Assembly (NCBI GenBank): GCA_964016885.1
Contig: OZ024741.1
Span: 64,480,001-64,544,000 of the forward strand
Source: Eledone cirrhosa
Taxonomy: Eukaryota
DNA length: 64,000 bases
Direction of reading: 5' to 3'
Below, piece after piece: positions 1 to 13,925 of the stretch (the stretch's first letter is position 1; the number at the start of each line of letters is the position of its first letter). The translations under genes were made by a program, and so were the position numbers. The notes under the pieces were generated by a model that had not been told where the DNA came from, did no database searches, and saw nothing but the letters and a program-made list of their open reading frames with translations.

Positions 1-1441
1 GGAAGGAATGTTACCGCAGAGTAAGAGCAATCTTAAGAACGGAATTGAATGCAAGGAATAGGATCGATGCCATAAACACGCTTGCCATACCAGTAGTAAC
101 CTACAGTTACAATGTCATCAACTGGTCAAGCACAGAGATCCGTAGGCTCGATACAAAAATTCGAAAATTCTTAACCATGCACAGAATGCATCACCCTAAG
201 GCAGATACAGATAGACTATATCTCCCTAGGAAAGAAGGAGGACGTGGGTTAATCCAGTTAGACATTGCGTTGAAAACTGCAACAATTGGATTATCTACAT
301 ATCTAAGGGAATCACATGATTGGATGATCAAACTCGTTTTGAAACACGAAAGCATCAAAAGATCATACTCCATTACAAAAGATGCACAAAGATACAGTAA
401 TGGACTACACATTTCAGAAGTCCCATTTACTGCTGAAATGGAAAACACAGAAAAAGCAAAGCAGGTAAAAGTAACTGCAAAGAAAGAACTGCTACAGAAA
501 CTGGCTAAGAAATGGCAAGAAAAGCCTCTGTATGGAAAATACCCAGAACGAGCTAACAATCCTGATGTTGACAAAACTTTAACCCATCAGTGGTTGGCAT
601 CCTCTGGGCTGAAATCGGAGACTGAAGGACTGATTATATCAGCACAAGATCAGTGTCTGCCAACAAAAAATTACCAAGCCAACATAATAAAAAATGGATG
701 CAGCCCATTATGCCGTGTATGTAAAAAAACAACCAGAGACCATTGACCATATAATTTTAATGTGCAGTCCTATAGCTCCAACCGAATACCTAAACAGGCA
801 TGACAGAGCTGCACAATACATACATTGGATAATGTGTAAGCATTTTGACCTGCCCCATCAAAAGAATTGGTGGGAGCATCAACCACCTCCCATACTTGAA
901 AAAGATCACATCTCAATCTTGTGGAACTTTAGCATCCAAACAGACCGAAAAATAGATGCAAATAGACCTGATATAATATTGAAGGACTTTAAAAAGAGGG
1001 TATGCCTGCTAATTGAGATGTCCGTTCCAATAGACAAGAATGTATCTATAAAAACATTTGAAAAATTGAGCAAGTATAAGGACCTGGAGATAGAAATTGG
1101 AAAAATGTGGAAATTGAGAACTAAAAACATACCAGTGGTTGTAGGCGCTCTAGGAATGATACCTAAGGGGTCTAATGATTATTTATCGCAAATCCCAGGA
1201 AACCCGCGTATAGGATAAATACAAAAGATAGTCCTAATGGGAACTGCCCATATACTAAGGAAGATTCTGTCAATATAAGTACATCACAAGTCTAAATACT
1301 AAAGATCCATGTGTGAGTATGTATGTTCTTTCTTGAACATGGCGGACCTTGTTGTCTTTTGAGGTCACTGGTTATGACTTGGTGATAACTCGTATGAACA
1401 TAAAGCAAGATAAATGCAGCTGTAATAATAATAATAATAAT
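1..1441 (+). mobile_element. R4/Dong-like RLE non-LTR retrotransposon, 3' part (RT C-terminus, zinc knuckle, restriction-like endonuclease), frameshifted
   Basis: ORFs 45-746 and 694-1218 give RLYLPRKEGGRGL, LKSETEG..AQDQ, CRVC..ETIDHI..C, RHD and RPDI..D..LLIE..K..KY motifs. The terminal LMGTAHILRKIL* is at about 1278. The 3' UTR ends in (TAA)n at about 1423-1441. Confidence 0.88.
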
Positions 1442-1726
1442 GATTTCTTTATTGGCCACAAGGGCTGACATCAAGAAAAACATCACAGACGGAACAAGAC
1501 GGTACGATGTGGGTTTTGTGCGTGTAAATATTTTTATTATTTATATAAGAAAAGAAAAAAGACATAAAACATATATATATAAACAATAAAATGAAAATTG
1601 AAACAATGAAAAATTCCCCAATAGGGGGGAAACCTCCAAGGGTTACTCGTGGCGAAAACCACACAAAAGACCACGGCCGCCCTGACTACCAGGGCAAGCC
1701 CTCTCTCAATGTTTCCATCTCTCAAA

Positions 1727-4700
1727 CTACAGACCATTCTCGGATCATTCTCGCTACATTCACCCACCTTTCAACAAACTTGCTAGAAAGCAGCACTTGC
1801 CTCTCCACCCTGATTTTCCTCTTCAAGTGAAACTTGAAAAAGTTAATTAGGGATTCGCCGAAGAGGAAAGTGTTTGTCTTTAATCCTTTTAACCTTGTCC
1901 ACCACACAATCTCTTTCGCCATAGCCACCAGGCAGATGAAAACCGCCTACCCTTCCTCCTCAAAGGAAGACGGCGAGACCATCTGCACAATGGACTCAGT
2001 CGACAACCGGATCAGTCCCACACGTGACAGCAACTGTTCGACATAGCTCCACAAGTCAGCAATGCTCGGGCACTGAACGAGTGCGTGCACAACGGTTTCG
2101 TCGCTATGCGCGCATCTCGGACAGGCTCGGCTGACGGCACTTCCGTGCCTGTAGAGCTTATCTCGAACCGGCAACGCTCCCCGGTAGCACTGCCAGGCCA
2201 GGGATTTAGGGAAGTTATCCATAGACCCCGGGCTGAAAGTTCTCCGGAAGAGAGAAAACAGCTGATCTTCTTCGATGCCCAGGATCTCTCCGAGAACGTC
2301 GTCGCTCTTCCCCTCCACTAGTCCGCTATAGAACGCCGAGGTGGATGTTCCACCGATACTGGTGCCCAACTGGGAGAGGGCAGTGAGCGCCTGGAGACAT
2401 TCCAGTTTCCAAGCGCTATCCCTCGGTCTTTTTCTGACCCAGGACTGCAGCTCCGTCAAGGAGACGAGCTGTGGGAAAATGTGCCTAGCGAACGGCGACC
2501 ACACCCGTTCACCATCAAGGAAGCACCAGAGATGTCGCAGCCTCAGCGCATGTTTGCACATCATCAGCCATGGCATGCCCAGTCCTCCACGCAACGGGTG
2601 TTGACAGCAGATGGATCGTCTGACCATGGGAGCGCGTCCCTTCCACAAAAAGCGGAAGATGAGGCGCTCCATTTTGGTGAGAGTTGGGCTGGAGCAAGGG
2701 ACGACGGTGAGGCGGTAGCAGATGACGGATGCGATGTACGCATTCGCCACTTCCGCCCGGCCTTTCAGGGACAGCTTCCTCTCAGCCCATTTCTGGGTGA
2801 GGGAGGCCACCCTGCTCGTCACCTCGTTCCAGTTTTTCTCCATCTGGAGGTCCGGTCCGAACCAGACCCCGAGCAATTTAACCGGTCCGTGAGTCCAACG
2901 CCCTACGACGCTGTCGGACGGCATGGACTTGCCTCTCCAGGTACCTAGCTGCAAGCCCACCGACTTTTCCTGGTTTATCTTTGCTCCTGTCACCGCTTCG
3001 TATTCCTTGAGAGCGGTGCCGAGCATCTGGACGTTCTGGTGCTCGACATCACCACGGTGACGTCGTCAGCATAAGCCGACTCGGATTTCCCGGATCCTAG
3101 TTCGCGTGGGACGCCCCTCATCGCCCCCAGTTTGTGCAGTAACGGCTCGAGAGCCAATACGTACAAGATGGACGAGAGGGGACAACCCTGGCAGACTGAG
3201 CGCATGATGCTGAACGGCTGCGACAGGTGACTGTTCACCCTCACAACTGAGCAGATGTCGCTGTACATTGCTGCGATCCAACGCCTGAAAACGGGCCCGA
3301 AACCGGCTGCCTCGAGGACCGCCGCCAGGTACCGATGGTCGACCCTATCGAATGCTTTGGATTGATCCAAGTTGATCAGGGCCCCCCTTGCCAGGTTCCT
3401 TAACCACCCTCTCTATGATGGATCGCATGAGGTGGAGGTTGTCGTATATGAATCTGTCCGGAATGGCGCATGTCTGCGCCTCTCCCACCAGACCCTTGAC
3501 GACAAGCGCCAACCTCGTTGCTAACACCTTGGCCAAAATCTTGAACTCTGCGTTTAGCAGGGTTATGGGCCTGAAATTATCAATAACATCCCCCTTGTTC
3601 GGGTCTTTTCTCACAGCGCCACTGCTCCCCGGCTCACAAAACTGGGAATTCTCCCGTGCTGCTGCCAGTTGCAGTAGACGTCTGCCAAGAGGTCACCGAA
3701 CAAGTCTGGCATAAATGCATAAAGTTCGTAGGGCAGACCATCTAAACCTGGCGATTTACCTCTTGTGCAGTTAACCATCGCTTCCCGTATTTTACCGGCT
3801 GTTATTGGCTTTTTCGCAACACTGTGCTGCGGTCGTCGAGAGCCGAGGCAGTCCGTCGAGGTATGCACTGAAGTCCATGCCCCGATCCGGGCCGCCGCCG
3901 CTCCCGAACAGTTCAGCAAAGTGCTGCTGAAAAGCTTCACACATCCGCTCAGACAAAGATCGAATTGTGGCTTTATTGCCACGTCGCGCCTCTGCCACCC
4001 GGGCCCATTGGACGGCTTTTGTCCCCTCGTGTTTCAGAGCACGCGCTCTAGCTCTGACAACGCAGCCTTCGTGTTTTGCGTTGAAGAATTGGTCGAGTGC
4101 CAATCTCGCCGCAAGCACGTCGGTTGTGATGCCTGTCCTAAACGCCTCTTCTAGCTTTCTGACTAGCTCTCCCTCTACTCTATTTTCCTCTATCACTACT
4201 CCTTTGCTAAACCTAATCCACTCTACTTTAATTACCCTTTTCAGGGCGAACCACCACCTGTTGTTGACGACCGCTCCCGTCAACGCCCGCTTAACTAATA
4301 CGCTAATCCGGTCTCTGTAGGCCTTGCGCGCCGGGAAAGACGCGTTCAGCTTCCAGTAACCAGGCCCTTGTCTATGAAGTCTGTCTATGTCGATCTTACA
4401 GATCACAAATTTGTGGTCTGTGTAGTCGACTATTTTAAATTGTGGACAACTTATACTAGCCTTATCTAGTTCCCTGCAGAATATCCTATCTAGATACGAT
4501 CTGGATGACCCGATGCGGTTTGTCCATGTCCACATTGGCACATTCGGGTGATCCAGTCGATACCTGTCAGACAGTTCAAATCGTCTGAGCAGGTTGGTGA
4601 GGCTCTTGCACCCTCCTCCCCTATCCACTAGCCCCACACGATCCCAGCGTGCATCCAAGATACCGTTCTAGTCGCCCACTAACACTAAAGAGTGGGACGT

Positions 4701-5093
4701 TCCAAGAAAGGTCTCTAGACGTCTGAAGAAATCTGGCCGTCCTGCCCCTGTTGAGGCGTAGACGGCTACTAGCCTGAAAGCATTGCCTTCGCTGCCGGTC
4801 ACGTCCAGCACCACCGACTTACCTTCTGGGTCCAGGAAGATGGCCCGTATCGCGAGATCCAAGCTTCTCCGAAAAAGTACGGCAACCCCTCCCCCCGATC
4901 CTGGACGGCTGAGAGATGCGTATACATCGTAGCCGCCGAAGATCGGTGCGAAGGCCCGTGCCTCGGAGATTCTGGTTTCACTGATGGCCACTACATCTAT
5001 GTTTAGTGACCTGAAGTCATTGAGCAGGTGACCCTGCTTCCAAGATGACCCCAGGCCACGTGCATTTATACTGCCTATTCTGAGTACAGCCAT
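1727..5093 (-). pseudogene. Tx1 copy A ORF2 (APE endonuclease + reverse transcriptase + C-terminal Cys region), multiple frameshifts/stops
   Basis: MAVLRIGSINARGL, ISETR, VGD, SYLDRI, TDH, SPGLDGLP, NFRPITLLN, DQSKAFDRV, QGCPLS, AYADDV and CPRC..ETVVHAL..C are spread over ORF fragments 4668-5129, 3792-4658, 3611-3982, 3345-3614, 2990-3370 and 1947-3026. Confidence 0.92.
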
Positions 5094-5137
5094 GTTGGAT
5101 GAGAAACTGGGCAAATGAGAAAGGGTCACTTATCTTG

Positions 5138-7200
5138 TTAGTGTGGTAAAGGGACAGTAGAACCGTCCCTTTCGCTGGTCATGGGTGTTTCCAAGAGGAT
5201 GTCAGTGTATATCCTCTCGGTAACCGTCCCTCTGAAGTCTCCAACTGCGTTGGGGAATTTTTGTTTTAAAGGTTTGTATTGTTCTATTGAGATTTCGATG
5301 ATGCTTATGTTTGTCGGGAGAGTTCTTGGTGTTGGTGAGGTGTAGTAGTTTTTTTCCGTGATGTCTGTGTGCTGCTTTATATATTTTATGAGTTCTTTTT
5401 TTTTGCTATGTTTATGGCTGTGTACTTTTTTTTTTTTTTGGGGGGGGGGGGTGATTTTGTTGCTGTTTTCTTCTTGTTGCTGTTTGGTGTGAGTGTCTTG
5501 TTGTGTTTGCGTTGTTGGTGTTTGTGGTGGTGTTGCTGCAAGTTTCCTTGCTGCCTTTACCCCTCGTTGTATGCCTTCGCTTTTGGAGGGTGAATCTAAG
5601 GGTTTTTTCTTTTTTCTTTTTTGTGGCAGACTGTTTGCCACGTCACTCCCGTCTCGAACTCCATGTCGGATTCTGTGGCGTCTGGGAGGAGTATGTGCTC
5701 CACGGCTGTTGGTGGTGGTAGTGGAGCCCTCTTCGGCAATTTTGTTTCTGGTGTAGCTATTTCAAATGTAGCTATTGGTGTTGCCGCTACTGATGATTCT
5801 GCTTTAGTTATCCGTGGCCTTGGTACGGGTGCTACGGACGTTGTCCTCCTACTCACCGTGGAAGGGGCTTCTTCATTTGTTGCCTGTCCTGCTCTTGGTA
5901 GCAGCGAACCAGGTATTGGAAGGAGAGGGGCCCTATTCGGTGTCTTCTGCAGGCAAAAGGCCCTGAGGTGACCTTTCGACCCACAGAGATAACATTTTGG
6001 CCGTCTTCCTTCTACACTTATAGGGAGTTGGAGTCCTTCCTCGAAGTCTATGATATCGGGGATAGCCTCGATACATTCCTGGTCAGTTTGTATAAGCATT
6101 TGCATGCCTATACCTGACCAATTCTCTCTCCCTATTTTTTCTACTTGCAGCATGGTCGCTCTGTTCTCAATTCCAGCAAGGACAGACGCGGCCAGCCAAG
6201 GTATGGGCACGTCGGGTGGGATCTGGGTCACTTTGACCCTCACAATTTTCTGCCCGCAGTAGGAGGGCACCAAGACTAACTCCTCACTCTTTAGGGTTTC
6301 CAAAGAGTGAGACTTTGCTTCCTGGGGGGTGGCGAAAAGTACGTCTACTGTGGCGTACTTTCTGCCTCGGGTGATGTGGGTTTTGCCTGCCCAGACGCAC
6401 CCAAGGCCTTTTGGATTTGAGCCTCCGTGGCTCTCTCCACTCGATGTGAGATTTTGCTTACGGTGCGGTAAATCACCGTCCGTAGCTGCTGGTCCTTGAA
6501 AAAATCGGGTGGAGGTTTCAGGGAAACTCTATTTGCGCTTCTTGCCACCATGGCCCTTGCGACTGCCATCTCCTCCTCTGTGACTAACACTGTCTCGATA
6601 TTTCGGGCGACACCTGCAAAAGAAGTGGTCCTTTTTCAGCAGCACCACTATTACTGCAGCTACTGGTCTTACTGGTGGTGCTGAGGTCGCTATTACAGGT
6701 ATCGGTGTCATTGTTGTTCTTTTCGCTGGTACAGTTGTTGGTGTTGTTTTCGTTGATACTGTTGCTGCTGTTACTGTTATTGTGGCTGTTGTTATTATTG
6801 TTGATTTTGGTGATACTGTTCCTACTATTATTGTTGTTGTGGCTGTTGTTATTGTCATTGTTATTGTCGTTCTCGACCTTACCGCTGTTATTTTTGTTAT
6901 TGTCGTTCTCGACCTTACCGCTGTTATTTTTGTTATTGTCGTTCTCGACCTTACCGCTGTTATTTTTGTTATTGTCGTTCTCGACTTTACCCTGTTATTT
7001 TTGGTGATGTTGTTGGTGTTATTGTTGGTGTTGTTTGTGTTAGAAATATTTGTTAATTTTAAATCTGTAACAATCTTTTTTTCGTTTGTAATATTTTCGT
7101 TTATATTTACCTCCGCTGGAACGCTGTCTTGTTGACATGCTGATAAAGTCTCACTCTCTCTGTGTTGTCTGACAGTGCTCTCTCTCTTTGTGTTATCCAT
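5138..7200 (-). pseudogene. Tx1 copy A ORF1 (gag-like, CCHC knuckle), frameshifted
   Basis: VEGRRPKCYLCGSKGHLRAFC in ORF 5596-6303. Homologous segments occur in copies B and C. Confidence 0.8.
6862..7000. repeat. 36-bp tandem repeat (about 3.5-4 units) inside ORF1 of copy A
   Basis: Unit ttattgtcgttctcgaccttaccgctgttatttttg is repeated. Confidence 0.85.
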
Positions 7201-7424
7201 GTTGAAATTTTTCAAAAAAATATTTTTACACAAATACGAATACGACACCCCGTAAAGGGGTGCCGTATTATTTACTAGTGAACCCCTGTATTAGGTGGGT
7301 CACTTCTTCTAAACTTTTATCAAATTTAAAACTTGAATAAAAGGTTTAGAACGGTTGAAAAAGAGGTAAAACGTTGAAAAAGACTGGAGGCGATAAGAAG
7401 CGTGGCTTCACCAACAATAATAAC

Positions 7425-7467
<43 letters not shown>

Positions 7468-7699
7468 TCATGAGTTTAGGAGCCTAGAAAACTAGAAAAA
7501 TATTTTTAAATAAATATTCTAAGACTATTAAAAGATCTAAGAATAATGGAATGTTTATATAAATTGTCGCGAAACCTGTTTTGTGTCTTCGGGGAAGCCA
7601 ACAAATTCAAAACCGAAATTGAATTGAGAGATAATTATGAAGGAAATGAAAACAAAGAAACAGCAACAGATATTGTGAAAAAGATAGAATCTAAATTGA

Positions 7700-8310
7700 A
7701 AACAGATCTGAATGCCAAAACGATAAAAACAAAAACCTTTACTTGACTAGTATCCAAAATAGGGCTAAATAGGGAGGAAGTGAACAAACAAGATTCACAG
7801 GACACGCTAAGAAGCGCCGCACTAAGAGCCTAGATTTAATAATTCTTAATTGTAGCACAAAACCAAAACCTCCTCCTCAGAAACAACCGAAATTAAATAA
7901 TGGAGCGGAACACTTTAAGTAAGAGTGTGTAATGCGGAAGAAACAATTACCCATAACTGTCTATGGCTGCCCAGTCTTGAACAAAAACGAACATATCCAA
8001 AGATATGAAATTTGGTTTACATACATTGGAAATTGCGCCCAAACTACGAAATACCAAGAGAAAAAAGGTGGTACAAACCAAAAAAGGAGGATGACTAGGC
8101 AAACATACTCTGGTATATACCAATACATACAGAAAGCGAGAACAAAGCCGACCAACCAGATATTATAGTCAAAGACTACACAGAAAAATATGTCTTCTAA
8201 TTGACGTATCACTCCTCACAGACGATAATATCAAGGAAATGGAGAAATTATCCAAATATAAGGAGACAAAATGTGGATGATGAAACCAGACAAATCCCAA
8301 TAATAACACA
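7700..8310 (+). mobile_element. Old degraded R4/Dong-like RLE LINE 3' fragment
   Basis: Broken frames give similarity to the element at 1-1441: AQNQ, C..ETITH..GCPVL, ILW..PIHTE, PDIIVKD, LLIDV, EKLSKYK. Confidence 0.6.
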
Positions 8311-8319
8311 CTTAGGTTT

Positions 8320-9360
8320 TTTTAGCTAATTTTGAGCTACTGATTTCAAACATGGCATTCATTTTTTTCTAACACATCAGGTTTTCATGTTTGTCTTTCG
8401 CCCGGCTATCCCATGAACACAGGAAACACGGATATGCTGGTCAACAAAATTTTGCTTTTTTTTCTGCTGACCTAAGTTTGTGACCTGTTCGAGTGTAATT
8501 TAGGGTCGCTGAGTTTTAAAATGACAATATTTTTTTTCTATCATGTCAATATTTTTCAACTATGGACTTGTCCATATTGGCCCCACCCATAGCTACAAGA
8601 GATAACACAAATAATAATTTATGTTGATATCTTTTATTTTTTCTATGTATTTAAACATCTTTTTATCTATCTAGATACACCTAGATATATAAATATATTA
8701 TATCTAATAATTATTTTCCCTCTTTTCAGATTGATTTTAAGAAATAACACAGGTGTTCAGTAACGTGACTTCCTTACGAAAAAAATGTTTGCATTCTCCT
8801 GACCCTTTTTGCTATATATGCGGTAGTTTTACAGTACCAAGTCTGAACATTAATGCATTTGTGAAAAGAGCATATTTGGCTTACTTTAAACTTAAACATG
8901 GTGATCAGGATAAATCACGGACCCTGCGTAATGTATGTAAACCATGTGTCGAAAATCTACACCAATGGACAAAGGGCACAAGGAAATAACTAGCATTTGG
9001 CATTACTATGGTATGGAGGGAGTAAAAAAAACATGCAGAAGATTGCTTCTTTTGTCTCACAAAGACTTCTGGTTATAGCAAGAAAACTCGACAGAAAATA
9101 GTTACTCAAATCTGGATTCATCAATTCGTTTGTGCTTCACTCAGATGAAGTACCAGTACCTGTTTACACAGAATTACCTTCACTGGAAGATGAAAGTGAT
9201 ATATGTGTATCAGATGAAAATCATGAACATAACAGTGATACAGACTTTGTAGATACAGTAACCAAGGAATGTGAAAACTTCAACCAGACAGAACTGAATG
9301 ATCAGAACGGTTAGCTTCTAGACATAAAGAGAAGAATATGATGCAGAAAGAAACAAATGT
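8320..9360 (+). mobile_element. DNA transposon remnant, N-terminal half of transposase (probably CMC/Chapaev3-like)
   Basis: CLHSPDPFCYICG, AYLAYFKLKHGDQDK, VCKPC..L..WTKG, FGITMVWRE..H.EDCFFC and HSDEVPVP, with stops and frameshifts. The superfamily name is from recall. Confidence 0.7.
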
Positions 9361-10111
9361 AACAATTTTAACGAAAACAATGAAACAAAAATTCAAACAA
9401 AAACAAATTCCCTAATGATGATGATGATGATGATGGCGATAATTTCTACTTTAAGCACAAAATCGACAATTTTGTGTGAAATGGAAGTCGGTGCTTCACT
9501 AATACTTTATTTAACTAATACTTTATTTAACTAATGCGAAATGTTAACTTAGACCGTAAGGAGCTGTAAAGCAGTTGGTCAACGCTGTAGCAATTGGGCC
9601 AATCCACCAGCTTTCAATAATAATAGTGATGATTATTTCATTCGCCACAAGGGCGGTGATCGAAGGGACAATAATACTGACAATAACACGCTATATATAC
9701 GTTAATGTATGTAACATATGTGTAGTCTTTCATGTCAAAGTAACTATGTATGATTCTTATTGCTTAATCAATAACTATTGTTCATATATTTACATCAGAA
9801 CAAGAATCGATCGATAAAAGAGGATGAATATGATCGTCTAGCTGAATTTTGTTTCGAGAAGTTATCACAGATTTATATTTCTGTTAGTTTGTGTCACTAG
9901 TTATGGAACTGATGAATACATATGCAAAGAATTCTTAGTAGGTGCAAGCTTGTGTGAATGGTTAAAGTGTTCGCTTCGCAACCACATCGTTCAGGGTTCT
10001 GCCTCTTGTGAAGGGAATTTAGTAGACGAAAACTGCAGAAGCTCATCATGTGTTTGTGCGCATATATAAACATATATATAAATACATGTGTATATATATA
10101 TATATAAATAC

Positions 10112-10193
<82 letters not shown>

Positions 10194-10323
10194 GTATTTA
10201 TATATATATATATACACACATGTATTTATATATATGTTTATATATATATATTAAAATAACTGATTAAAGTTTAAGCAAAGAATCGCTGCTTTCACCCTTA
10301 ACGGGATCTTCTGAAACTATATA

Positions 10324-10420
<97 letters not shown>

Positions 10421-10737
10421 GTATATGCTCTGAGGATACAGTGGTCACAGCATTGGATATTTGAGTTCTGCAAATAGTTGTAAATTTGCACATAGCATAA
10501 CTAGGCTGTAGTACCACCGTGGAAACATTTGTAAGCACACGGAAAAAATTACCTTTTTATGATGTCTACCTGTTATTATTCATTCTTTATATATATAATA
10601 TATATATTTATATAATATATATATAAATGAAAATATAGAAATTATTGTGAGCAAGAAGCCAACAGTATTTCATTATATATATATATATGTGTGTGTGTAT
10701 GTGTGTGTGTGTGTGTGAGTGGGTGTGTGTGTATGTA

Positions 10738-10782
<45 letters not shown>

Positions 10783-11384
10783 AGAGAGAGAGAGAGATAA
10801 TGTGTGCTGTATTATGTGTGGGTAAAGGAAAGTTATTAAGAAAGTATAGAAATCAATATGAAGGTGGTTGTTACAAATCTATTGAATTCATTGAGTGTTT
10901 CAACTTAACAAGGACTTGCCCATAGTAGTGTAGACATCCTCCAAAAATCTCTTAGAATTCAAATAATTGTTGTTCGCAAACGACAAACCTTTTAATATTC
11001 TAAACTTTCTTAATAACTTTTCTTTTTTCACACTTACATAATACATTACACCTTCTATACTACTCAACTCCATAGCTTAATAAATATAAGCATCTTTATA
11101 TTACATATCACCATATAATACAACTGCTACGTTGCGTACACACTGACACAAGAATATTAACATAGTCATATCAATTTTACATCTTGGGTTATTTCCGTTG
11201 GTTATACCACGTTTTCCTAAAGAAGCGTTTAACTCGTTGTATTTTTAATGGTATCTTCAAACTCATTCAAGCACCTGATGACTAGGTCACAAATTTGATC
11301 GCTCTTACAATCTGGGGAGAGGGTCAAAATTCAACCTTGAAATCTGAGGTAGCGCTTTTGTTCCGTGTATGAACATAAATTATA

Positions 11385-11468
<84 letters not shown>

Positions 11469-11623
11469 CAATGATATTAAATAAATGGAAACTATATTTA
11501 TAAAACCATATTTATTCTATTATATATATATATATTTCAAGGGTACCAAAACTTTGGTACGCACTCATCAGATAAAATACAAAGTTTGTTTTATAAAATA
11601 TTGACATATCTGGTTCAAGTTTT

Positions 11624-11779
11624 AATTAAGCCGTACAGTGTTCGGCAACCATCGTTGCCCTTTTGTTCAACACTGACAAAGGAACGATCAACTAGTTTCA
11701 AGCTTATTAGCTATCATCATCCTTTGTCAGTGTTGAACAAAAGGGCAACGATGGTTGCCGAACACTGTACGACTTAATT
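11624..11779. repeat. Near-perfect inverted repeat, about 60-bp arms and about 36-bp spacer
   Basis: aattaagccgtacagtg...gacaaagga pairs with tcctttgtc...cactgtacgacttaatt, with one mismatch. Confidence 0.9.
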
Positions 11780-12316
11780 CAGGCTGTTTGTTTACAAACA
11801 AACCGAACATTATAATAAATGTTCGGTAAACCCAAAATAGAATTATTTCATACTATTAACCTTATTTGGAAATATATCTGACCAAGAATGCCTTTTGTCA
11901 AAATTAGTCATGTGGAACTATTGTCATCTTGCCCGACGGTTTGAACCTTACAGAACCACCTGCCTCTTTGAGGTCAAATACCAACCTACTACCATCTACA
12001 AACTGACCAATGAGAATCAAGACTATTCCTGCTGACAACATCAAAATATTCCTAACAAGCTCATATGTCCCAATGCTCTGATACCATCAACACTATACAC
12101 ACAGAGCTGGCATATCTAAGAACTGAATAACTGCCTGACGAGGTCATAGCCATTCAATGGCTATCATCGAAATATATATAGCAGTAAATAAAGGATTATG
12201 AGTTCATGCAATTGACTTATGTTTCGTCACTATTATAACTCCGGAACTTATATCTTCGACGAGTGCTCCCTATCCGCATACTGAAGTACTGGATTTTACC
12301 AACACTTACTTTCTTG

Positions 12317-12354
<38 letters not shown>

Positions 12355-12359
<5 letters not shown>

Positions 12360-12599
12360 AATCCCGTAAGACCCTTACACAAACTTAAAACTGAAATTCC
12401 CCAATGTAATTGGAGAATTCCGAAGGTCCATTACCAAAAATATATACAGAGACGTTCTTCTGGAAATACCTACAATGATGGGGTTTTTTTAGTCATAACA
12501 TTTTAAATGCAAAAACCTACACTGTATCGTCCTTAATGTTTTATTAATGTGAGCTCTGTGTGGCCAATAAAGAAATTATTATTATTATTATTATTATTA
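12355..12599 (+). mobile_element. ORF2-less Tx1 derivative: ORF1 C-terminus joined to the element 3' end and (TTA)n
   Basis: Translates as IQIP*DPYTNLKLKFPNVIGEFRRSITKNIYRDVLLEIP (copy A: IEISIEQYKPLKQKFPNAVGDFRGTVTERIYTDILLETP), then ...gtgtggccaataaagaaattattatt. Confidence 0.75.
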
Positions 12600-12984
12600 C
12601 GTAAAGCTTTAAAAGTAAAGTAGACTGTAGCAGAATTTGAACCCAGAACGTAAAGAGATGTGATGTATTTCCGATGCTGCCACACACCACCACCTCCTCC
12701 TCTGCCAGCACCACTACAATCCGGTGTATATAACATAACCAGAAAGATAAATATTTATTTTAACTATAATACCTTGAAGAATGAAACGAAATACTTACAA
12801 AACTGATCTGTCTCTCACAGAAATCACCATCCTGCTGCTGTTGTAATGAGAAATAAAATATTTAGAAAATAAATTAAGAAAATATTTTTAAATATTGCTC
12901 TCAAAATAAGATAACTGAATCGTATTGTTGGTGTGGCTTCTGGTGAGCAATGAGAGAGCAAAACACAAGTTGGTCATATTACAG

Positions 12985-13270
12985 GCATAGGGTATTCGGC
13001 TCACAATCGTAAAGTCATGTTTTCGATTCCCGGCGGCAAGTTGTGTCCTTAAGCAAGACACTTTATTTTTCACGTAGCTCCAGTCTTATACCTGTAATTC
13101 GAAGAGCCAGCCTTGTCAAAATTTGTGTCACGCTGAGTCTCCATGAGAACTAAGTTAAGGGTACGCGTGCCTGTGCAATGCTCAGCCACTTTCTGGTTAA
13201 TTTCACGAGCAGGCTGTTCCGTTGATCGTATCAACTGGAACACTCATCGTCGTAACTGACGAGGTGCCAA
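12985..13270 (+). mobile_element. tRNA-derived SINE (second family)
   Basis: tRNA-like head (ttcgattccc) followed by tgtgtccttaagcaagacacttta. A related reverse copy is at 24455-24670. Confidence 0.6.
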
Positions 13271-13293
13271 TCCTATATGTGTGTGTGGGCGTG

Positions 13294-13330
<37 letters not shown>

Positions 13331-13925
13331 AAAAGTTGAAACTTCTTGAATCATTATTCTGAGTTTCACGTTACCAATTATCAAACTGATTGAGCAAGGA
13401 AAGCAACTTGATAATATATAAACAAAATTATTCGTAAACACATTGAAATATGATTAGCCCTCGAGATTTTAATGGTAATCACTTTATCTATTTCATTACC
13501 GTATATAGAACATGCTACGCATTCATATATTTACATGCAAAAATATGACGTTTTCAACTATTCGTTATGATCTGTATAAAACATGCCAAAACAACGAAGG
13601 TGGCTGACGTTAAGGAAGTTTTAATTGCTTTGTTTTTTTCAATATGTGGATATCTTTAGGGTATGACGAATTCAATATGTGGGAAATAAACTATTTAAGC
13701 CAGTTGAAAATTGAAGTTTCTCAATAAATATTTATAGAAGTGTCTACAAAATTCAACAATTCCGTTCTTTTGTTCAAAACTGCAAAAGGCTGAAATGTTC
13801 TTATAGTTCCCCGAGGGGCAACGACCACACCTTTGGAGAACGTATGTTCTATCAGAGTCCAACACATTTTATAGCTGATACTAATCATCCCTTAAGCTAC
13901 AGACTACATCTGAATGTTTACATAT

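Larger units (their letters stand above)
1442..7412 (-). mobile_element. Full-length L1/Tx1-clade LINE (copy A), flanked by (AAT)n on both sides
   Basis: 5' UTR, ORF1 with CCHC knuckle, ORF2 with APE endonuclease and RT. The 3' end is CCCTTGTGGCCAATAAAGAAAT, and (AAT)n lies at 1423-1441 and 7413-7467. Confidence 0.92.
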
